The position numbers were made by a program, and so were the translations under genes. The notes beneath the pieces were generated by a model. That model searched no databases and was not told the origin of the DNA. It saw only the letters and a program-made list of their open reading frames with translations. Shown here piece after piece: positions 39,832 to 48,893 of a stretch of DNA of 64,000 nt. Position 1 is the first letter of the stretch, and each line of letters starts with the position of its first letter. Source of the DNA: Octopus vulgaris (taxonomy: Eukaryota); the NCBI GenBank assembly GCA_951406725.2, contig OX597828.1, forward strand, positions 47,926,001 to 47,990,000, given 5' to 3'.

Positions 39832-40211
39832 CTGAGACAGTTACTCAGTACTAGAATCTTCCGCACAATATTGTGCATATATATATACATGTGTAAACAT
39901 ACATGTGTGCAGACATGCACACAACAGGTGTTGTAGTGTTTATACAATCCCTATCATATACCAAGACTATGGGGTGTGTGACATTCAGACCTTTATATAA
40001 TTACTCTTTTACCCTTTTTACTCTTTTACTCGTTTCAGTCATTTGACTGCAGCCATGCTGGAGCACCGCCTTTAGTCGAGCAAATCGACCCCGGGACTTA
40101 TTCTTTGTAAGCCCAGTACTTAATCTATCGGTCTCTTTTGCCGAACTGCAAACACACCAGCATCGGTTGTCAAGCAATGCTAGGGGGACAAACACAGACT
40201 CATAAACATAT

Positions 40212-40258
<47 letters not shown>

Positions 40259-40842
40259 CATATATACGACGGGCTTCTTTCAGTTTCCGTCTACCAAATC
40301 CACTCACAAGGCTTTGGTCGGCCCGAAGCTATAATAGAAGACACTTACCCAAGGTGCCACGCAGTGGGACTGAACCCGGAACCATGTAGTTCGTAAGCAA
40401 GCTACTTACCACACAGCCACTCCTACGCCTATCTTAGTTCTAACTGTGCAGGTTTATAAACAAAGGCATTCCAAACATGACCATCCCATCTCATCTTTTG
40501 TGCAGAGATAATGTATGCCATTTAATGTGTCCTTCACTTCTTTTTAAGACAGTAGTGTGTGTCCATAGGGAAATACAATTAAGATTACTAGCAGGTCAAG
40601 CATTAGCACAGAGACTCCCCGCCACTGGTCGAGTAATGACTAAATGTTGGTGAATAATGCTTAGTGATGCAACAGACGGTGCATTTGGTGGTTTTAGGGA
40701 TCAGTGACACGAGTGAGTGCAAAGGAGGTTGAGAAAACGGACAGGGTGACAGGAAGGAAAAATAGAGCAGAGCAAACAATTCTGGGTGACAATTCGTGGT
40801 ATGTTAGAACATGCAACGGAGAGGAAGAAACATGCTACATGT

Positions 40843-42045
40843 CAGTTGTTCTCAACTGGGGTCCACATGACCCTTGAGGGTCCTTATAAGATTTTGTTGT
40901 AAGAATTTATATGCAATAAATTGGTGATACTCCTACAATACACAAAATAATTTAAATTTTTATGCATTTCCTAATAATCCTTTCTATTAAAGGCACAGGG
41001 CCTGAAATTTTGCAGGGGAAGGGATTGGTCGATTACATCAACCCCAGTGTTTCACTGGTACTTAATTTATCGACCCTGAAAGGGTGAATGGAAAAGCTGA
41101 CCTCAGCAGAATTTGAACTCAGAATGTAGAGATGGTTGAAATACTACAAAGCATTTTGTCCAGCAAGCTAACAATTCTGCCGGCTCACTGAGCTATAATA
41201 ATAATAATAATAATTCACTATTTCTATATTATTTCACTGGACGTCTACTGTTCCCCACCTACCCTTCCCTTTTTTTTCCTTGATCCCCAGGACTCTTAAA
41301 GCCAAGTACCTAGTTTTATTCTGTTCCCAATCATAAGGTCATGAGTTCAATTCCTGCTGGTGTGTTGTGTTTCGCCTTGCTCCAGTCCACTCATCTAGCA
41401 AAAATGAGTTGACCCCAAAAAGGATGAAAGGTGAAGTCGACCTGGGCAGAATTTGAACGCAGAACATAAAGACAGACGAAATGCCATTGAGCCTTTTACC
41501 TGGCGCGATAATGGTTCTGCCAATTCACAGCCTTACGATTCCTAATAATATCATAAAAATATATTAGGATCCTTTTTTAAACATCAAATGGCTATGGGGG
41601 TCCACCCAAGTGGAAGCACTCCGTCGGTTACGATGACGAGGGTTCCGGTTGATCCGATCAACGGAACAGCCTGCTCGTGAAATTAACGTGTAAATGGCTG
41701 AGCACTCCACAGACACGTGTACCCTTAACGTAGTTCTCGGGGGATATTCAGCGTGACACAGAGAGTGACAAGGCCGGCCCCTTGAAATACAGGCACAACA
41801 GAAACAGGAAGTAAGAGTGAGAGAAAGTTGTGGTGAAAGAGTACAGCAGGGATCACCACCATCCCCTGCCGGAGCCTCGTGGAGCTTTAGGTGTTTTCGC
41901 TCAATAAACACTCACAACGCCCGGTCTGGGAATCGAAACCGCGATCCTACGACCACGAGTCCGCTGCCCTAACCACTGGGCCATTGCACCCAAGTAAAAG
42001 AGGGATGAAAGGGGTGCATAGGTGAAAAATGGTTGAGAACCACTG
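40843..42045. mobile_element. hAT-like MITE split by nested SINE insertions
   Basis: cagttgttctcaac ... gttgagaaccactg termini; the interior contains SINE copies, one bounded by TSD ttcctaataat. Confidence 0.65.
40975..41410 (-). repeat. Arm 2 of the 435-bp inverted duplication
   Basis: ccttgatccccaggactcttaaagccaagtacctagtt and its flanks are the reverse complement of arm 1. Confidence 0.95.
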
Positions 42046-42260
42046 CTTTATATGTTGTTGTGTTGTCATAACAACAGGGACCATATGTATAAATAATATA
42101 TGGGTGTATGTATACAGGTGCAACATGACTGGATGATAAACAAGTTGTCTTTCCAACCACAAGGTCTCTGTTTCAATTCCTTTGAGTAGTTTCTTGGCCA
42201 AGTGTCATTCTCTAAAGGTTCAGATTAACCTGAACCTTGCTAGGGAAATTGCATAGATGA

Positions 42261-42302
<42 letters not shown>

Positions 42303-42578
42303 TACGAACTTATTGTATACAGTGCTCAAGTGCAGCATATGTGTGCGTGTGCGCGCACAAACACACACACAAACAGACTACTTTCAATTTCCATGCAGCA
42401 AATCAATTCACAAGGCATTGGTCAGTGTAGAACCATAGTAGAAAGCACTTGGCCAAGATACTGTGCAATGGGATTGAACCAGAAACTGTGTTATTGTGAA
42501 CCAAACATCTTAACCATGCAACCCTACCTACAGCTGCACAACCCATGTGCAGTGTAAAAATATATACATATACACACC

Positions 42579-42624
<46 letters not shown>

Positions 42625-42921
42625 TGTGCACACACACACACACACACACAAATGAACACACATGTTTATACCTGTTTGAACAAATAGTTAGACAGACAGA
42701 CAGAAACAAACAGATAGGGGTGTGGGGGAAGAAGAGAAGTGGTTGAGGATAAGGAATCATCCAAAGATAGAGGTCTCCGTGGTAACGAGCGTCAAATAGC
42801 AAGAATGATGTATCGATGAAGAAAAAATGATATGGGTTAGTATAAAGAAAAACCGGTGTTTTTTTTTTCTTTTGTTCTTTTTCTTTTTCTTTTCTTTTTT
42901 TTTTCTTCCCACACAACGTAC

Positions 42922-43016
42922 CTCATTTACGATATAATCTAACAACTCAAAAATGGCCATCGGACGAGGCCCGTCACTGCCTGGTGGACTTTGGAAGCTA
43001 ACGTTACTTCGGCTAT
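42922..43016 (-). CDS. MAP2K1: MEK exon 8b (95 nt, alternative): (D)[31 protein letters not shown]
   Basis: Long pyrimidine tract ttcttgccttcag|AT ... GAG|gtacgt; phase 1 to 0. [14 protein letters not shown] is identical to human MEK1. Confidence 0.95.
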
Positions 43017-43550
43017 CTGAAGGCAAGAAAAAAGCAGAAAAAATAGCAACTTAATATAAACAGAGCAAAGAGAATAGACACAACACACGCATAAAAATAC
43101 ACATACATACACACACACATAATAAAAAAAAACAAAAAAAAAAGAAAAAAACAATAAACAAGCAGGCTGGGTTGTTTTTTTTTTTGTTTTGTTTCTCTTT
43201 TATAGAGTCCAGATAATCTGAATCCAGAGATGAAGCTGTACAGTAGTACAGGCGGTGGTGGTGGTGGTGGTGGTGGTGGCGGCAGCAATAGCTATAAGGA
43301 AGTCATGGAATGGGGCCCAGTTGATCCTTCCAAGGTAGCCCCCTTGGTTAGTTTGAGAAAAAGCTTTGTCTGTACCAAGCAACAAAACAGCACTACTAAC
43401 AGATCTCAGTCATTTTTTTTTCTATCCTCCCCCCTGTCTTTTTTGTATTCTTTCTTCTAGTATTTGGCGGGATTTTAAGAGGTGGAAGAGTTTGTGAGAG
43501 TATTGACATCACCATCATCATCATTATTATTATTATCATTATTACTATTA

Positions 43551-43779
43551 TTAACCCTTTAGTGTTCGCATTATTCTGCCAAAATTAATCCCTTTTTATC
43601 CACATTGTTTTTAACTAATCCTGCATTATCTTGTAGCTACGAGATTTTGATGAGGTAGCTGTTAATTTTTAAAACGATATTGTAGGGTTGGTGTGAGAGA
43701 CCAGATCTGGCCAGTTTGAACATAAAACAGGCAGAATACGTTTGGCCGGATATGGCCAGTTTAAATACTAAAGGGTTAA
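43551..43779. mobile_element. piggyBac-type MITE, about 230 bp (other copies 16724-16936, 16933-17637 interrupted, 20370-20599, 28870-29096, 47450-47651, 48972-49199, 49325-49551, 56321-56549; different family 63048-63270)
   Basis: TTAA|CCCTTTAG ... CTAAAGGG|TTAA ends; shared internal sequence. Confidence 0.85.
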
Positions 43780-44883
43780 GGCAACGAGTTCGTTAGCACG
43801 CCAGGTAAAATGCTTAGCGGTATTTTGTCTTCTGCAGAGTACAAATTCCACCAATGTCAACTTTGCCTTTCATCATTTTGGAGTCGATAAATTAAGTACC
43901 AGTGAAATATTGGGGTCAATGTAATTGACTAATCCCCTCCCCCTGCAAATTTCAGGCTTTGTGCCTATAGTAGAAAGGATTATTATCAGACTCGTTAGCA
44001 TGTCAAGCAAAATGCTTAGCAGTATTTCATATGCCTTCATATGCTGAGTTCAAATTCATACTATCTAAACTTTTTTCCCAGCATGTTAACAACTCTGCCA
44101 GGTCACCACCTTAACAATGACAACAATAATAATTTCTAACATAGGCAAATAGCCAGGAATTTCAGGAGAGTGGAGCAGTGGATTATATCACCTCTCACTG
44201 CTTGATTGGTACTTTATTTTATCAACTAAATTACTTGGAACCTAAAGTACCAGTGACTAAGTACTGCAAGACATTTTATCCAATTCTCCACTTATTCTGC
44301 CAATCATCATTATCGTTTAGCGTCCGCTTTCCATGCTAGCATGGGTTGGACGGTTCAACTGGGGTCTGGGAAGCCAGAAGCTGCACCAGGCCCAGTTTGA
44401 TCTGGCAATGTTTCTACGGCTGGATGCCCTTCCTAACGCCAACCACTCCATGAGTGTAGTGGGTGCTTTTTGCGTGTCACCAGCACAGTTGCCAGACGAG
44501 TCTGGCAAACGGCCACGATCAGATGGTGCTTTTTATGTGCCACCGGCACAGGGGCCAGGCCAATAATAATAATAATAATAATATGAATTTATAGATGTCA
44601 ATATGGTGTGTGTGTGTGTGAGTGTGTAAGTATGTATGTATGTATGTATGTATGTGTATATATATACACATATATCAAATTAGTTTCTGAATATTTGGGT
44701 TCTGAGCCATCCCACACCACATCCCAACTTTTTCTCTCTTTTTTCTTAAATAAACAAAAAAAAAAATAATAAAGAGACAATATGTATACAGTTCACTGAA
44801 TCGAGACTACTATTTCAGATAATTCACTCAACATAACGGCAACAATTGGGCGCGCGCCTGGTCAAAAACTTGTACTTGATTAC

Positions 44884-44969
44884 CTCATGTACAATGTACT
44901 CGAGCAGTTCAAATATTGCCATAGGCAAGGGGCCATCACCTGTAACCACCTGAAAGCCCCCGGGACAAC
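44884..44969 (-). CDS. MAP2K1: MEK exon 8a (86 nt, alternative): (G)[28 protein letters not shown]
   Basis: ctgtttcag|GT ... GAG|gtaatc; phase 1 to 0, open frame, conserved MAIFELL helix. The acceptor choice is uncertain (internal CAGs at 44950 and 44940). Confidence 0.88.
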
Positions 44970-45017
44970 CTGAAACAGATGATAACTCAAGGCATTGACA
45001 GAGCAACATTAACTTAC

Positions 45018-45028
45018 ACAGTTACCTG
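45018..45028 (-). other. Candidate micro-exon (3, 8 or 11 nt) or recursive splice site upstream of exon 8a
   Basis: Minus strand reads cctaat...ttcttttctttag CAG gtaact gt gtaagt: branch motif, pyrimidine tract, NAGNAG acceptor, then two donor consensus motifs. Confidence 0.5.
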
Positions 45029-45119
45029 CTAAAGAAAAGAATTTTTACACAATTAGGAGATACACATTAATGTAAATAGCTATGTAAAATTGGCAGACAC
45101 ATACTTACATAGTATACAT

Positions 45120-45167
<48 letters not shown>

Positions 45168-45485
45168 AAAGATTCAGGTAAAAATCTTGTAAAATGCTAT
45201 GCAAAGCCTGTCGACAGTCATTGGCTACCTGATGTCATCAAATAGTGGAAATGCTTTGGCTACTGGATATACATCAGGAATTTCATAGTATCTGTAGAGT
45301 TCTGAGGGATTTATTTAAACTATCACATGAAGAAGCCCATTTTACACCTTTTGATGCATGATAATGATTACATAATATTTCACCAATGTACTGCAGGTGT
45401 AAAAATGTATTGAAACAATTGTAGTAATTTAAAATTAAGAATGTTGTTCATTCCATTTTCTATCATTTATCATCCACACACATAC

Positions 45486-45529
<44 letters not shown>

Positions 45530-45745
45530 AGTAAAATGAGACAACAAAGCCAAGGCAGTATGAAATTTCTAGGACATTTATAAAGAGAAAGGTAGTCTTA
45601 CAGCTGTTTCAAGTATATAAAAGATATCCCGAAATTGCTAGGATGATCCGGTTCTTGACTGAAGATTGAAGGCTTCGAATGTCCCGTCCGTCTTTTTGTA
45701 TCGTCTTCTAAATGTTTTACGTTCTTGTCCCAGTTTGTATTTTTC

Positions 45746-45791
<46 letters not shown>

Positions 45792-46097
45792 GGAGGTGCA
45801 ATGACCCAGTGGTTAGGGCAGCGGACTCGCGGTTGTAGGATTGCAGTTTCGATTCCCAGACCGGGCGTTGTGAGTGTTTATTGAGCGAAAACACCTAAAA
45901 GGTCCACAAGGCTCCAGCAGGGGGTGGTGATCCCTGCTGTACTCTTTCACCACTCTTCTCTCACTCTTTCTTCTGTTGGCCTGCTCGCTTAGCCAGCGGG
46001 GTGGCGTCATTCGAAGGTTAAAACAATGCGAACGCATTGTGACCAGCTATGTGTAGCAACATCTGATAGTCTGGTCGGTCACATAGTCATGTGGTGG

Positions 46098-46133
<36 letters not shown>

Positions 46134-46338
46134 AAGAAATACGACAATGTACGTATATGCTATACAGAGGTGAGTATGTGCTAACTGTCTTAGTTTTCAT
46201 GCTAACATCCAGGAACTTGGATGCAGCAATCTTTTGCTAAGTTTAAAACTGGAGAATATAGACAATGACCCACAAGGCTTTGTACATGTATACTGAGCAC
46301 TTTGATGTTTTGCTTGGGAAAATAGAAGCAGTGTCCAA

Positions 46339-46385
<47 letters not shown>

Positions 46386-46390
<5 letters not shown>

Positions 46391-46608
46391 CTTTGCCGCA
46401 TACTGAACTCATTAGAAATAGCAGCTAAAAAAACTTTTTTAAAACTATCTCCAATACTTAAAGAAAATCTCTCTCATATAGTGTTTGCTCAACTCAAAGA
46501 GTTGAGCAAACACTATATGAAGAGATTTTCTTTAAGTATTGGAGATAGTTTTAAAAAAGTTTTTTTAGCTGCTATTTCTAATGAGTTCAGTATGCGGCAA
46601 AGTAATTT
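46386..46608. repeat. Near-perfect hairpin (about 110-bp arms, 3-nt loop) inside a (TA)n-flanked element (46342-46765)
   Basis: ...gtgtttgctcaactc aaa gagttgagcaaacac..., with arms matching out to aattactttgccgcatac / gtatgcggcaaagtaatt. Confidence 0.95.
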
Positions 46609-46723
46609 ATTTTACTAAGCCCTTTTATATAATGTAATAATTTGAATTCGCCTTAAATGGTCCCTTTGTATACTGAATACTTGGTGAAATTGATTAATTA
46701 ATTAATTTTACCCTCAATTGTTG

Positions 46724-46768
<45 letters not shown>

Positions 46769-47983
46769 TAAACTATGCAATTTTTTGGTAAAAATGATAA
46801 AATTAGCATTTGAGAAATACATAGAAAAGTCATAACATTTATGATATTGTTTACGAAATTACCATGGAGAAAGGAAAAAAAATCAAAATCTTTCATAAGA
46901 GATCATGCTTTTTTGTTTGTTTGTTTTTTTTTATATACAAACTTACAACTGAACAACTTATACCACTATTGTTGATAATAACTTCGTTAACAACATACTC
47001 ATTTCTATTGATAATTTTAGACAACAATGCCACTTAAACAAACATGTTAATTACAATTTAATAATACTAGAATTTGAATAATTTCAAATATTTTCACATT
47101 TGTACTTTGTATAGTAGAACAAACAGATGTTAAAATTTTAAATGTTTTTCATGAGAGAAAGTTCATGGTATGGCTGATGCTCACATCCCTTACTTAGTAG
47201 ATTTATTCTGTGTAGTCAGTTCACATGACTGGTCAACAACCAAAGAGTAGTTATTATTAGAAATAGAGGTGAATGCCTTCCTAATTTGAATTCGTGATTC
47301 AAAATGAGGTGTAACTTTGTCTTGTCGTTAATAGAATTTTTGTATTAGTCACATTACATATCACCTTTCTTCTCTTAACATTACACAACTTTCATTTGTT
47401 TTTCTTCTCTCTCTTCCAAGGAAAACAGTCAAAAAAGAAAGGTGATATATTAACCCATTAGCATTAATATCACTGTGTCAAATGTGAAGGCTATTTATTT
47501 ATTCACACTGATTTGAAGTAATCGTGCATTATCTTGCAGCTTTCAGATTTCACCAATATGAATGTTGGTTTTCCCAATCACTCTGAATGGTAGGTGTGAG
47601 AAACTGGACATGGCCAGTTTGGATATAGCTGGTTTAAATGCTAAAGGTTAAAGCAAGTTATCTTCTGAAACATAATACAGAAAACTATACGTGCACACAC
47701 ACACACACACGTGTGTGTGTGTTCCTATCTTACATTTTCCCCAGCTTACATAAACGAGAGGTTTCTTTGGTGGAGGATTACTTTTACGGTTGGATGAACA
47801 CCCTCTATACAACCACTCAACTGTGGAGTTGAATGCAAAACTGGTTTTGTATGTCAGTCAAGGGAAGGGAAGTGAAGCCAGCAGAGTTATGTACCTTGCT
47901 ACAGATGTACAGAGCAACGACTGTTATATGTTCTGAACCTACAATCACGTGGGCAGCAGCTAAGCAGCTGGACCCAAGGTGTG

Positions 47984-48051
<68 letters not shown>

Positions 48052-48127
48052 GTGTCCTGGTAAGACAATACCTGTGTTTCTCTATTTCACTTTTTTATAC
48101 TCTATATTTAAATGACAGTCACATAAG

Positions 48128-48288
48128 CAGGAGTGGCTGTGTGGTAAGTAGCTTGCTAACCAACTACATGGTTCCGGGTTCAGTCCCACTGTGGGGCACC
48201 TTGGGCAAGTGTCTTCTACTATAGCCTCGGGCCAAACAAAACCTTGTGAGTGGATTTGGTAGACGGAAACTGAAAGAAGCCCGTCGTA

Positions 48289-48321
<33 letters not shown>

Positions 48322-48545
48322 GCATGTGTGTGTTTGTGTGTCTGTGTTTGTCCCCCTAGCATTGCTTGACAACCGATGCTGGTGTGTTTACGTCCCCGTT
48401 ACTTAGCGGTTCGGCAAAAGAGACCAATAGAATAAGTACTGGGCTTACAAAAGAATAAGTCCCAGGGTCGAGTTGCTCGATTAAAGGTGGTACTCCAGCA
48501 TGGCCACAGTCAAATGACTGAAATAAGTAAAAGAGTAAAAGAGTT
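48128..48545 (+). mobile_element. tRNA/CORE-like SINE family A with internal (TA)n(TG)n (other copies about 1-290, 1462-2030, 3750-4115, 17045-17460, 19545-19925, 20780-21170, 25720-26090, 31495-31880, 40000-40430, 50662-51085, 51985-52385, 60663-61035)
   Basis: Head ggcgcaggagtggctgtgtgg...gggttcagtcccac (A/B-box like), CORE-like ccttgggcaagtg, tail aagtaaaagagtaaaaga; both orientations occur. Confidence 0.9.
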
Positions 48546-48676
48546 CCCTATCTCGTTCTAAACAAACCCACAAACGCCTCAACCCACAACCAAAAACCTC
48601 CAGACCCTAGAAACAAACAAACAAATAAATAATTAACTTAAAGACAGATTAATTAGAACATTAATGAATCAATCAC

Positions 48677-48866
48677 CTTTAAGAGGTTTTCCGGTCATTG
48701 CAGCTTCCCGATGTTCTTCCATGCAGTTATCACCAAATATGCTATCCAAATGTTCAGGGTCTGGTGGGGGAATGGGATATCGTCCAATGGCCATCTCTAC
48801 TAGTGATAGGCCCACGCTCCAAATATCAGACTGGACTGTGTATTGAGTTCCTTGTAACCGTTCAGG
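48677..48866 (-). CDS. MAP2K1: MEK exon 7 (190 nt): [63 protein letters not shown](G)
   Basis: ctgacag|CCT ... AAAG|gtgatt; ends in phase 1. Confidence 0.96.
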
Positions 48867-48893
48867 CTGTCAGCAAAGAGAAGCAATAATATA

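Noticed and set aside
40600-40620. Docking-site pairing with the block downstream of 8b (cgttaccacggagacctct)
   Set aside because: 17 of 19 pairs but four are G-U, and the region resembles a decayed local repeat, so chance or TE origin is likely.
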